From the NCBI RefSeq assembly GCF_009914755.1, contig NC_060933.1: 64,000 bases of DNA; one strand, 5' to 3'. This DNA comes from the human T2T-CHM13v2.0 reference genome, Homo sapiens. Below, piece by piece: positions 14,663-29,699 of this stretch. Within the stretch, counting starts at the first letter, position 1, and every line of letters begins with the position of its first letter. The position numbers were made by a program, and so were the translations under genes. The notes under the pieces are model-generated. The model worked only from the letters and a program-made list of their open reading frames with translations. It did not search any database and was not told where the DNA came from.

Positions 14663-14940
14663 AGCCAGGCGTGGTGGCTCGCCTGTAAGCCAAGCACTTT
14701 AGGAGGCCAAAGCGGCAGGATCGCTTGAGGCCAGGAGTTGGAGAGACTAGCCTGGGCAACATGGCGAAACCCGTCTCTACTAAAAATAGCTGCGCATGGT
14801 GGCTCCGCCTGTAGTTCCAGCTACCGGAAGGCTGAGGCGGGAGGATTAGAGACTGAAGCTATAGTGAGCCATGATCAGACCACTGCACTCAAGCCTGGGT
14901 AAGGCAGCAAGACCCTATATCAAAAAATAAAAAAAGGAAA
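14663..14940 (+). mobile_element. Alu (AluJ-like, internally deleted)
   Basis: Alu consensus with shortened linker and A-rich tail. Confidence 0.9.
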
Positions 14941-14949
14941 ACCACAATG

Positions 14950-15680
14950 ATTACGCAAGTCGCCGCCCTCCCTCCTGCGATTGTTGCTATTTCCATCCAG
15001 CTACTAGTCTCCTCCTCCCGCCCGACACCTGGCGCGTCTATCTGACGTCACGAACGCGCCACACAGATTCGGGCTGCGCAACCTCTGTGGCCGTCTACAC
15101 GGCGCGCAGATGCGAATATTCTCGCGGCGCCGGAAGTCCGGGGCACGTGACCTGGTGACAGTGCTGGCTTGGCTGTACAGCTCGATCTAGGTTCTGCGGC
15201 ACGGGATGGCGGAGGCGCCTCCTGTCTCAGGTATTGTCCCGGCCCGAGCGGGACTGGGCCCCTTTCAGGGAGCGGAAATTGGGTCAGTGACGAAGTTCTA
15301 GGGCCTCAGCCACTCATATCGCCAGAGTAGCACATGCTAGGGCGTAGGATAGTGGCTCGGAAGGGCCAAGCCCCGCGCATCGTGCGTACGAAGATCTGTG
15401 TCTTCTTGGACTAGATGGTGAAGCCCAGTAGCTGGGTTTCGGAGGAGAGAGGACTTGTCCCGGCGCTGCGAGTCGATGTGGGTGCCCTGCCTTCCCACAG
15501 GCTGTTTCTGGGGCAGCGGCGCACTGACCTTCGACAGGCGGGCGTCGGCCAGGTCACAGCCAGTGACGGTGGCGGGCTCTTGACGTGTAGGGTGTGGTGT
15601 GCTCATACCGCCTGGAGTGGTGGCGTGGGCGCGAGCCGAATTCCAGTAGTTTAGAGTCTCAGCCTGCTGCGAACCCCGTG
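14950..15680. promoter_or_regulatory. NFX1 CpG-island, TATA-less promoter and first exon region
   Basis: High CpG density; GC box ~15014-15023, full CRE TGACGTCA 15043-15050, ETS CCGGAAGT 15130-15137, E-box CACGTGAC 15144-15151. Confidence 0.9.
15206..15230 (+). CDS. NFX1: NFX1 coding exon 1, MAEAPPVS(G)
   Basis: Strong Kozak gggATGg, donor cag|gtattg; joins exon 2 in frame to give [23 protein letters not shown]. Confidence 0.95.
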
Positions 15681-16254
15681 TGACTCAGTCTCAGTCTCCT
15701 CATCTGTCAGTTGGGAGTAGATAAGTTAATTCCTGTGATGGCTCCCGCCCTGTACTGTACCTATTCTGTAATTGTTCACTCACTCCCCCTCCTGGAGTTG
15801 CCTCAGTGTGTAGAGACAGCCTCATTTGTTCGTTGATATAACATCCATTTCCTCAGGGTGTTCCATAGATCAGTGTTTTCCAAATGTGTTGGACAGCAAC
15901 CAAAAGAAACATTTTGCATCGCGACCTTAAATATTGTACACTTACATAAATATAAAAGCGAACCAGAAGTTTCTGGAAGCAGTGAGGTTGGTTGGTTTGT
16001 TTTACAATCAGCAATATATTCTGTTTTCTGTTTCGTTTAAAAATATGTCACAGCCCACTGCCTTCATTTGATTTTATGGCCCACTCTGGAAAACAGGGCA
16101 GCAGTTTGCAGAATGGAGTTTGGAAACCATTGGTTTGAATCTCAGCTCTGTCCCCGACCAGCCGTTGGGGCACCAAGAAGACCATATATGTATTTGTATA
16201 CTGGGTGGCAGGTAAAATGTATTTATTACTATGGTTCTTAGTTTAAAAAGTTAG

Positions 16255-16637
<383 letters not shown>

Positions 16638-17769
16638 TTATTCTCCTCACCTAGTCCTTCACCAGATTCTCTAAACTGGATCTATTGATCGTCTCATCCA
16701 CAGGCTCGTTTCTGACTCATTTCTGTACCCTTCAGTGTTTGAAGAAGAATTCGGTGGGGCCTAGTTGTGAGTCTTCGTGTTGAACTTTGGTGTTGTGCCC
16801 AAGTTATTACCTCCAACCCAGAAAGTATCTAATGAGGCAAAATCTTCTAGTCCAAAGACCTCCTTACTCCTTTTCATGTGCTTTAGTTTGATTTTGCTTT
16901 AGTTCCCATTCCATGTTCGTATTTTAGCATCATCTTTAGCCCACACCCTCATCATCAAAGTCTTTAAACAGAAGCCCAGTGCAGAGGATACTTTTCTGCC
17001 GGTGAGCAGACTCTGCAATGCCAGCCTTGTCTCTGGACTTTGTAATCTGCCAGTTGGATTTCCCTTTAGTCTGCCTTTCCCACCTGTTGGACACCTACTG
17101 TGCTGCTGTGTTATCTTGGATTTAGGGTACCACTTGTATTCTAGCCGTGGTGACTAGACATCCTGTTTACTAACTTCCAGCTACTTGAAATAGTGAAATA
17201 AAAATGGTGCCTCTGATCTTTGCCATGGCCAGTTTCCTGATCAATGTGTCCTGTTTCCCTTCCTCATGTCTCTTATGGGTTTTTTTCCTGAGGGCTTTGC
17301 CTGCTGCCTCATGTCTAGTTGAACATATCCTGTATATGAGTACATGCAGCCTTCTCTGGATTCTCTAGTTGCATCAACTCATTACTGCTTAACGAGAAAC
17401 ACTCTTTTCCTATCCTTTACTAGGCTTCTCTAGACATCTTTACTGATCTTATTTCTGCCCCTCTTTCCAGTCTCGCTTTTTCAAGCAAGCGAGAACTACA
17501 CAATACCCACTGGTCCAATTTAACCATTCCAACCTTTAAATTATCTTATGTTTCCAGAATACCTCTGCCACCCTCTGCATTTGTCTAATCCTTTTGTGAT
17601 TTTGTGAGGCCCTCCATCCCATCCCCTAGAATTCTGCCTATGTGAAAGCTTTCAGGACAAATCCTGAATTGGGTGAGAGGTTACTCTATGACCTTTATGA
17701 TCATTCCATTTTTCACTGTATGTTTCTATGGTACCCACTGCCCAAGCTCTGTTAGTGTAAGAGCGCAGT

Positions 17770-18680
17770 CTCTAATACACAAACTGAGTTGGAACCCCGA
17801 GTCTTCCTTGGAATTCCTCTGTGGCCTTGGGCAAGTTCCTACTCTCTGTGCTTCAGTTTTCTCATCAGGAATGTAAGGATTAAATGAGTTAATACATGTA
17901 AAGTGCTTAGGATAGTGCCTGGCACATAATACCTAATAAATGTTAGGCCTTATTATTAAACCTGAAACCCTCAGGCTCTATACTGCACCCATCAATGCTC
18001 AAGCCTGTGTGTTTCAGATCCTCTGTAGTCCTAACAGCAATGATAGAGTACCATTTTAACCATTTTGTGTGTGTTATTAACTTGCTTTACTCTTCACTGC
18101 AACTCTTTGATATAGAGGTTGTTACTATCTTCATTACATGTAAGGAAAATGGGGCTAAGTAACTTTCCTGAAGTTAAAATAAGTGATAAGTGACTTAAAC
18201 CCATGTCTTCCAGGTCTTACCAATTTATAGTATATTCTGTATGCTACACATAGTTCTGACTTTGCTACTAATTTTATGTCCTTAGGCAAACCATTTTGTC
18301 TTTGTGCTTCAGGGACTGAATTGACTGTACCAAGAAGCATCTTCTGGGGGAACATGAGTGGGTTGAAGGGGAGTATGCTTAATTTTTTCCACTTTGGGAT
18401 TGTAGACCAGATTATAGAGGTTATGTATGGAAAACCCAAAATATATTCCTAGGGGAAAGAGATGAAAACTAATACACTTATTAAGTACTATCTATGAAAT
18501 CATATTTAAATTTCTCAGTAACCGTTGAAATAAGTATTGTCATCCTTTACCATAGACAAGGAAACTAAGGCTAAAAGCAGGCACGTGATATCCCTAAGTT
18601 CATACAATAAGTTGGACAGGTGGACTTTAACCCATTTTGGCTTAGTCCAAAGCCTGTTTACTTGATATTACACAATGCTA
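17770..18680. mobile_element. Cluster of MIR fragments in both orientations
   Basis: MIR core (ccttgggcaagtt...ctcagttttctcatc; ggaaactaaggct). Confidence 0.65.
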
Positions 18681-19052
18681 CTTTACTGTTTTGAAAGAAG
18701 ACCACATGGAACCTGATGATTGATATCCCTGAACTGTTAGCTGGCCTTAAATTTTTGTAATAAAATGAATAGATGTATACATAGTACTTTATGGCCCAGG
18801 TGAGCATTTTTACTCGACAACACTTAGCTGTCATTGGCTATTGGTGTTTGGTTTTTGGACATGGAATAATGATTGATTAGTCCTCCACAAGCACCTTGAA
18901 CCCATCACCTTCACTGGAAACATAGTTCTTACTTAACAGCATGTTTTATACAAAGTTCTAAGGAAAGTAATTTTTAGATTTGGCTTGGAGTCTATGAGTT
19001 TCATGGATGAAGTTTAATCTCTTTACTGGCATGTCTATTTTTTATGTCCTAG

Positions 19053-20060
19053 GTACTTTTAAATTCAATACAGATGCTGCTGAATTCATTCCTCAGGAGA
19101 AAAAAAATTCTGGTCTAAATTGTGGGACTCAAAGGAGACTAGACTCTAATAGGATTGGTAGAAGAAATTACAGTTCACCACCTCCCTGTCACCTTTCCAG
19201 GCAGGTCCCTTATGATGAAATCTCTGCTGTTCATCAGCATAGTTATCATCCGTCAGGAAGCAAACCTAAGAGTCAGCAGACGTCTTTCCAGTCCTCTCCT
19301 TGTAATAAATCGCCCAAGAGCCATGGCCTTCAGAATCAACCTTGGCAGAAATTGAGGAATGAGAAGCACCATATCAGAGTCAAGAAAGCACAGAGTCTTG
19401 CTGAGCAGACCTCAGATACAGCTGGATTAGAGAGCTCGACCAGATCAGAGAGTGGGACAGACCTCAGAGAGCATAGTCCTTCTGAGAGTGAGAAGGAAGT
19501 TGTGGGTGCAGATCCCAGGGGAGCAAAACCCAAAAAAGCAACACAGTTTGTATACAGCTATGGTAGAGGACCAAAAGTCAAGGGGAAACTCAAATGTGAA
19601 TGGAGTAACCGAACAACTCCAAAACCGGAGGATGCTGGACCCGAAAGTACCAAACCTGTGGGGGTTTTCCACCCTGACTCTTCAGAGGCATCCTCTAGAA
19701 AAGGAGTATTGGATGGGTATGGAGCCAGACGAAATGAGCAGAGAAGATACCCACAGAAAAGGCCTCCCTGGGAAGTGGAGGGGGCCAGGCCACGACCAGG
19801 CAGAAATCCACCAAAACAGGAGGGCCACCGACATACAAACGCAGGACACAGAAACAACATGGGCCCCATTCCAAAGGATGACCTCAATGAAAGACCAGCA
19901 AAATCTACCTGTGACAGTGAGAACTTGGCAGTCATCAACAAGTCTTCCAGGAGGGTTGACCAAGAGAAATGCACTGTACGGAGGCAGGATCCTCAAGTAG
20001 TATCTCCTTTCTCCCGAGGCAAACAGAACCATGTGCTAAAGAATGTGGAAACGCACACAG
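19053..20060 (+). CDS. NFX1: NFX1 exon 2: PAM2 motif ([12 protein letters not shown]) plus long disordered region
   Basis: Acceptor tcctag|gt, donor cag|gtaaac; 1008 nt open frame (ORF track 19007..20074). Confidence 0.97.
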
Positions 20061-20574
20061 GTAAACCTACCTAGATAGGAAATATTTTGTTGTCTTTTTA
20101 ATTTAAATTTTTAAATAAGTCATATATTCACATAATTTAGAAAGCAGAAAGTATGGAAAGTTACACTGTAAAAAGTCTCAATCTTTATTCACTGTCTGCC
20201 TAAGTTCTACCACCACTCGCTGCTCCCTGCCCCAATAGGTAACCACTTAGTTTTATGCATATCACAAGCAAATACAAATAAGAATTCTTTTTCTTTTCCA
20301 AATGAGGAATTTTGTAAGGGTTTTCAAAAATGCAAATACGGGTGGTGTAGATGTCTGGTTACAAGATTTTTTTTGAGTTGTGAAAACAAGTGGTGGGTGG
20401 TAACATCTCTGCTGCCTCTTTTGGTTTCATCCTGCATCATCTAATCTGCCTCATCTGGTCTGCTTAGTTGCAGCAGTTCCTAACTGGTCTTATCATCTCT
20501 TAATTTCTCTCTTTCAGTTCACCTCTTAAACCAGCATCAGAGAGCAATCTTTATAAAACACATATTTTATTTAT

Positions 20575-20856
20575 TTGTTTTTTTGAGAGGAGTCTCACTG
20601 TTGCCCAGGCTAGAGTGCAGTGGTGCGATCCCAGCTCACTGCAACTCCTCCTGGGTTCAGATGATTCTCCTGCATCAGCCTCCCGAGTAGCTGGGATTAC
20701 AGGCGCCCGCCACCATGCTTGGCTGATTTTTGTATTTTTAGTAGAAATGGGGTTTCACCATGTTGGCCAGGCTAGTCTCAAACTTCTGACCTCGGGTGAT
20801 CCGCCTCGGCTTCCCAAAGTGCTGAGATTACAGGCGTGAGCCACTGCGCCCTGCCT
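20575..20856 (-). mobile_element. Alu (AluS-like)
   Basis: Reverse-complement Alu; TSD aaaacaca(t/c)att. Confidence 0.94.
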
Positions 20857-21059
20857 AAAACACACATTAAACTGTGTCACTCCTCTGCTTAATTCCGTTT
20901 ACTGCTTCTGCCTTACTCAACAGTCCCATCTTCTGCTGCCTCAATATCTACCACATTTTATTCCCTGGATTCTACACTTTTTTGTCTTTGCATGGTGTTG
21001 CATGTGGCTCCCTCTCTTTAGAATTTCTGTCACTCAGTTCGCTGACGAAGTCTTACTCA

Positions 21060-21370
<311 letters not shown>

Positions 21371-22084
21371 GTTACTTTAGTCACATGTCCAGGGAACCTT
21401 TTCTCACCTTTATAGATAGCGTTAATCTCTTACAGCCCTCACGCTTATGTCTTTCTCTTAAATTTGCATGCTTCTATTACAGAACTTACACTGGAAACCA
21501 TAATTTATTTATGCTTCATTGTCCTCCACTAGTCTGTAAGCTCCTTAAAAACAGACACTGTATATTTCTTTTCTTTTTTTGTGACCCTGCTGCCCCACAC
21601 AGCTCTTGAAACATAGTAGGTACTCAGTTCTGACCATTAAAAAGTTCATCCTTATATTGAACTGAAAGCTTCTTTCCTTTCCTTCCTATCCTTTGGTTCA
21701 AGTTTTATCCTCCGGAGCAGCATAGTAACTAGTCTGTCTTCTCACAGCTCCCCCTCTCCTTACTGCAAATCAGCTTTTTGCAGTATTCGAAGACATCTAT
21801 CATTTTGCCCTAAGTGTATATTTCATCAAGCTGAATAGTTTTATTCTGCTAGCTCTTCCTCCTGGACCTTCACTATCTTAATCCCTCTCCAGTTTAATGT
21901 GAGATACAGCCCAACCCTTGAAGCCACCATCTACCCAGGGCCTGTTTTTACACCAGCCTATAGTTCTAGTTTCTTGCTTTATCAGGATTATTCTTGGAAC
22001 CTCAATGTATATGTGAAGCAAAGCAATGTTATACCAGAGTTGTTACTGAATCCTTAAGGCTGGTTAATAATTACCTCTTGCTTT

Positions 22085-22590
22085 ATAGTGAATTATCACA
22101 ATGTAGTGGCTTATGATAACACACATTTACTATGCCACTGTTTCTGTGGGTCAGATGAATGGGTCCTGGTTAGCTGGGTTCTCTGCTCAGTGTCTCCAAA
22201 TTTGGCTAGGCATGTGATCTCATCTGAGGCTCAGGGTTCTCTTTCAGTCACTGGTTGTTGGTAGGATTCAGTTCCTTACAGATGTAGGACTGAGGTTCCT
22301 GTTTTCTTGCTGGCTGTTGGCCAGGGGTGTCTCTCTCAGCTCCTAGAGGCCACCTGTGTTTCCCTGCCACATGACTCTGTACACAACATGATAGTTTGCT
22401 TCTTTGAGGCCTGCGGGAAAGCAGCTGCTGCCACTTCAGATCTCTCTGACTTCTGTTTGATTTTCAACTCTTTTAAAATGGCTTACTTGATTAAGTCAGG
22501 CCCACCCATACTCAAGGGGAGGAGATTATATAGGGTATGCATACCAGGGAGGTGGGAATCTGGAAGACCATCTTAGAATTCTATTTAACA
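22085..22590 (-). mobile_element. MaLR LTR (MLT1-type)
   Basis: gtggctta..aacacacatttac...tttctgtgggtcag and gaccatcttagaattct termini. Confidence 0.65.
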
Positions 22591-22639
22591 AATCTCTTGG
22601 GGCCTTAACATTCTCACATTATTCATATCATTTTTGAGA

Positions 22640-23650
22640 ACACTTCATTCATATTTGTTGCATAAATACTATATACCAAGCACTGTTCTAGGTACAGGGA
22701 ATGCTGATGGAATTTACATTCTGGTAGGGAAGACAGGCAGAAAGCACTTAGATATTTAATATGTCAGGTGGTGATAAGGACTAAAAAGAAATATTAAGAA
22801 GGTTAAGAAGACAGAGTGACAAGAGTGCTATTTTACATAGGTTGACCTCTTTGATAAGGAGACATTTGAACAGAGACAAGAATGAAGTACAGAAATGCAC
22901 CATGTGGCTAGCTTGAGAAAGAGCATTCTAGGCAGAGGGAGGAGCAAATTTAGATGTGGGGAGGGGTATTATAGGCAATGAAGATAGGGGCAGGAAAGGT
23001 GGTCAGAGAAATAGCAAGGGCTGGATCATGTGAGTCCCTTGGATTTGGTTCTGAGTAAGATGAGAGGCTGCTGGAAGGTCCTGGGAAGAGGGATGTCATG
23101 AACTTACATTCTAAAATAATCACTTAGGGTCTGGATGTGGTGGCTCACATCTGTAATCCCAGCACTTTGGAAGGCCAAGGCAGAAGGATTGCTTAAGCCC
23201 AGGAGTTCAAGACCTGCCTGGACAACTTAATGAGACCCCATCTCTGCAAAAGGCAAAAAAATAAAAATTAGCTGGACGTGGTGGCACATGCCTATAGTCC
23301 CAGCTACTCAAGAGGTTGAACTAGGAGGATCGCTTGAGCCCAGTGGGTCAAGGCTGCAGTAAGTAGTGGTTGTGCCACTGCACTCTAGCCTGGGTGACAG
23401 AATAAGAACCTGTCTCAAAAAAAAAAATATTATTAAGCTGCTGTGTGGAGAATAGGCTCTAAGAAGGCAACAGGACAAGTTAGGAGGCTATTGCAGTTGT
23501 TCAGGTAGGAGATGATGGAGACTTAGACTGGAGTAATAGTGTGGAAAAGGTAACAATTGGATAGATTTTGGATGTATTTGGAAGGAAGATTTTATGCCTG
23601 AGCAACTTAAAAGAATGGAATTGGCATTTACTGAAGTGTCAAAGCCTAGT
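22640..23650 (-). mobile_element. L2 fragment interrupted by a sense AluJ (23128-23427)
   Basis: L2 3' end (ttcattcat...caagcactgttctagg) and purine-rich body. Confidence 0.65.
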
Positions 23651-23669
23651 AGAGAAAAAGGTGTTTGTC

Positions 23670-23970
23670 TGTAAAATGTTTCAGTTTGGAATAATTTCAG
23701 ATTTATAGAAAAGTTGCAAAGATAGTTCAAAGAATTCCCATATATCTTTCACCCAACTTCCTCTAATGTTAACGTCTTACATAACCAGACTGCCTTTGTT
23801 AAAACTAAGAAATTAGCACTGGTATAATCATATTAACTAAACTACAGATGTTATTCAGATTTCACCAGTTTTTCTGCCAATGTCCTTTTTCTGTTTGAGG
23901 ACCCAATCCAGGATACCACGTTGCATTTAGTCATGTCTCCTGAGTCTCCTACCATCTCTGACAGTTTCTT
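23670..23970 (-). mobile_element. L1ME-type 3' end fragment
   Basis: gaaaagttgcaaagatagt...cccaatccaggataccacgttgcatttag. Confidence 0.6.
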
Positions 23971-24056
23971 CATCTTTCCTTTTTGGAAAAGATGTTTCTG
24001 CTCTTGTTTTATTTACTTCTTATTCAGGGAAGATTTTTGTTTAATTTGGTTAAATT

Positions 24057-24995
24057 TCTGTAATCCCAGTACTTTGGGAAACCGAGTCAAGAGGATCACC
24101 TGAGCCCAGGAGTTCAAGACCATCCTGGGCAACAGAGGTAGACCCCATCTCTACAAAAACTAACAAAAAAATCAGCCAGGTATAGTGGCACACGCTTGTG
24201 GTCCCAGCTACTCAGGATGCTGAGGTGGGAGGATCGCTTGGGCCCAGGAGTTTGAAGATGCAGTGAGCCACGATCATGCCACTGCACTCGAGCCTAAACT
24301 TTGGTGACGCCTGTAACTTTCACAGAAAGAGGTTGTGGAACAGACTAAATATCACTCATTTATTCCTTTATCCATGAATTTAACAAATATTTAATGGAGC
24401 ACCTAGTATATGCCAGACACTGGAAATACTACACTCAGCAAGGTAGACAAAACTCTCCCTTCTCCTGAGCTTTCAGTCTCAGGGTGTTCTCTATTTCTTT
24501 TGACATTAAACTGAACAATCAGAAAGTAAATCTTAGGAGAGCCAATATTATGGAATATTACAGTGTGCGCTTTTGAGTCAGATAGTTTGACAAGTTTGAA
24601 TTTTGACTTTTAAATTTCTAGTTGTGTGACCTTGGATAAATGATCTAACTACATGAAGCCAGTTTCTTCATCTGTAAAATGGTACCTATGTTATAGCATT
24701 TTTTTTTTTTTTTTTTTTTTTTTTGAGACGGAGTCTCACTCTGGAGTGCAGTGGTGCAATCTCGGCTCACTGCAACCTCCGCCCCCGGGTTCAAGAGATT
24801 CTCCTGCCTCATCCTCCTTGGATTACTACTGGGATTACAGCCACACTCCACCACGCCCAGCTAATTTTTGTATTCTTAGTAGAGATGGGGTTTCACCATG
24901 TTGGCCAGGATGGTCTTGATCTCCCGACCTCATGATCTGCCCGCCTTGGCCTCCCAAAGTGCTGGTATTACAGGTGTAAGCCACCGTGTCCAACC
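24057..24995. mobile_element. Two Alus (24057-24295 +, 24699-24995 -) with L2/MIR remnants between
   Basis: Alu consensus blocks. Confidence 0.9.
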
Positions 24996-25895
24996 TGTTA
25001 CAGCCTTTTTGAGAGGACTAAATAATAATATGTAATGTGCTTGCAATGTTGTATTTAAGGTTAATTTTATTCTTTTAACTTATTTAGACCTGAAAGCAAA
25101 TAACAATAATATTATGAAATAAATGCAGTGCTAAAAGTATGTACTCAAAAAAGCATATACACACACTCACACTCAGTTTTGAGAGTATCTGGCTGTATTG
25201 AAATCTAGAAAGACTTTGCTGCAATTGTGTTTGAGGAAAAAAATCTGGAAGTGGGTGAAGGTATTCAGGAATAGATCTGGGAGGATTATTCTGATACTAC
25301 ACACTGGTCTGTGTCACTGGACTTTGAGCTCCTGGAGCCAGGGACTGTAACACCACCATGGGGCTTATGGTAGGCACCAAGAATATCTTTGTTAAGTGAA
25401 TGACTAAAGACTTTGAGGGCAACGGCTAGAGCCATCTCACCACTCATGGGTTGTTGGAACCTGCCCAGACTTGGGCTTCTTATAGCTGACACTACAGCTT
25501 CACGAGCCTCTTTCTAACCTAAATCCATGGATCTGATAGATTTAGAGGATCCTGGAAAATAGAAAATGCAAAGCAAGATCCTGTATTGCCCAGTGGATCC
25601 TCAGGCTATGTTACAAGGGGCATTTGGCTACTCTGCTGTTTTCCTGGGAATGTTTCCTTAATTGTGGGAATCCCCACCTGAGTGTCTCCTTCCTAAATCC
25701 TCTTCCTCAGCAAATTCCTGCCCCTTTTTGGCCTCAGTCTGAATAGCCAGCTGCCTTACCCAGAATCAGATATCCCTTAAAATCTCTGTGTTTGGATTCT
25801 TCTCTTGAGTGACTTGCTGATCCTTGGTTGATTAAAGTGAGGAATGGTTTTTTGTGTTTGAGTTAATCTTTTTTGTTATTTTGTTTTTTAAACAG

Positions 25896-26054
25896 GTTCT
25901 CTAATTGAACAACTAACAACAGAAAAATACGAGTGCATGGTGTGCTGTGAATTGGTTCGTGTCACGGCCCCAGTGTGGAGTTGTCAGAGCTGTTACCATG
26001 TGTTTCATTTGAACTGCATAAAGAAATGGGCAAGGTCTCCAGCATCTCAAGCAG
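25896..26054 (+). CDS. NFX1: NFX1 exon 3: RING/PHD-like finger N-part ([34 protein letters not shown])
   Basis: Acceptor aacag, donor gcag|gtcaat; 159 nt, phase 1-1; Cys/His pattern. Confidence 0.96.
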
Positions 26055-26339
26055 GTCAATTAATTCTCTCTTCTGAGTAGTTATTCTCCCCTATTTGATA
26101 CGTTTAAGTATTATTAAGCCCAGCTTTAAAAATACAGTTTAATTTCTCTTAACTACTTTTTCTGCAGGGAGAGTATGTTACCTTGATCATGTGTTTCATA
26201 TGACCAGAATTAAGTTATAGATCTTAAATAAACCAGCTAAACAACAATATTAAAATATATTTTAAGATACGACAAAATCAGTCACTCTTATTGAAAATGA
26301 TGGCTTTTACTTATTATTTTTTCTTTGACCTACTGATTT

Positions 26340-27600
<1,261 letters not shown>

Positions 27601-27819
27601 TTTTTTTTTTTTTTTAATGAACCCCATATTTAGTGGAAAATGCTGTATTCAAGCTAAGCAGTCAGTATTGTGAATTTGTTCCTTAAATGTCTGATATGCT
27701 TAACATTGAAATTATTACCACTACTTCAATATTGTGTCTTCCTATAGATTTAAATTTTTTTAATTACATGTAGCTTTTGGAAGAAAATTTATTTGGCCTA
27801 CTCCCATTTTTCCTGACAG

Positions 27820-27897
27820 ATGGCCAGAGTGGTTGGAGGTGCCCTGCCTGTCAGAATGTTTCTGCACATGTTCCTAATACCTACACTTGTTTCTGTG
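27820..27897 (+). CDS. NFX1: NFX1 exon 4, (D)[25 protein letters not shown]
   Basis: Acceptor gacag, donor gtg|gtaagt; 78 nt; completes the finger (CPAC). Confidence 0.96.
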
Positions 27898-28613
27898 GTA
27901 AGTTTGTTTATATACACTGGAGTCTCTTTTACTACATACATTGTACCTCAGTTCAGGAAAGGTGGTCTGCGGGGCATGTTTTAGAAGTTACTAATGAGAC
28001 TTCAAAGCTCTAGGAGTCTATAAGACTGTAATTATGTGGTCCATCACACAGCTAGAGCCACAGCCTTTGTGCTCCTGGCAAGCTGTTCTGGAGATGGCCA
28101 ACCAGGCTCATGCTGCTTCTGGGCTGTAGTGCTTGTCTCCTTGGTCTTGAGACCAGGCCTGACCATGTAGCAGAGATAGGTGTGGACGTGGGCTTCATCT
28201 CACCCCCAGCAGTTACAGCTTTGATAGTCCAGATTTGAGCAGTATGAGTAAATAATAGTGTTTATTTTAATCCTGGAAATAAGTCATTGGTATTTATAAT
28301 CAGATTTTTTATAAACCAGCATTATAAACTCTATCCTGGCATCTTCCCTCTTTATGGAATACTTCTTTCTGTTTTTGAATATCTCAGTTCCCCCAAGTAT
28401 TAGGGGAAAACTTCTTGTAACCCAGATGCTCATTCTTGCTGCTAGCCCATTTCTGCATGTTTTTTTTCCTTTCCTGCCTTTTAATGACTAACTTCCCTCT
28501 AGTTGTTGATTTTTCAGATTTTGTTTCTTTGCTGTCTGTCTCCCTCCCTGAAGCATTGCATTTTTGCTTCTGTCTTGTTGCCTCACTGAAACCGTATTCA
28601 GAAATTACCAATG

Positions 28614-29066
<453 letters not shown>

Positions 29067-29699
29067 TTATTTTTCTAACCAATTTGCTCATATTTCTCCT
29101 TTCCCATTACTTAGCTAGCAGCTTTCACAAAGAGTCAAGTCATTTACCATCAACTCTGAATCTTCTAGATGCAATACCTTGGTGAACTCTTTGACTTCCC
29201 CTTCTTTTCTTTCAATTCTTAACCACAGTATCATTTAAGATCTGACCCCAAACACCCTCTTACAAAGGAAGCTTTCCTTTGTTATTCTCTGTCTCACTTT
29301 GGCCTCTGTTTTATTTGGAATTTTCCGGTCTTACATGTTTTATTGACAGAATCTCAGCCTTAATAGATACTAAATTGGTATTAGATGAGGGAATAAATAT
29401 TCTTGAATATACTACCAGAAAGGCAGCATGAAACTGGAAGTAAGAGATCAGTGGAAATTTGGGCAAATAGGACAATACCAATACTTAATACCTTATTTTG
29501 AAGGATTACATAAAGTACCACAATGGAATTAAAAATCTTGTTAAAGCCTCTACTGGCAAATTAGATGAGAGACTCTAAGGCAGTATAAGAATGTGGAGTG
29601 AAGGTCAAGATGATCTGAAAGTGGTAAAATGATGTGAGAATGCACATAAAGGCCTTATTTGCAGATGACTTTGCCCCACACTGTTCTTCCAGGGGACCA

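Noticed and set aside
12760-14762. Many overlapping long ORFs on both strands (up to 186 aa)
   Set aside because: Pro/Gly/Leu-rich low-complexity products expected from stop-poor GC-rich sequence; many start at non-ATG codons; no recognisable domain
19007-19052. In-frame upstream ATGs extending exon 2 ([15 protein letters not shown])
   Set aside because: This is the branch/polypyrimidine region of intron 1; the real start is the strong-Kozak ATG in CpG-island exon 1 and no promoter is evident here
19336-20032. Antisense ORFs opposite exon 2 (up to 138 aa)
   Set aside because: Typical shadow ORFs of a coding exon with no independent support
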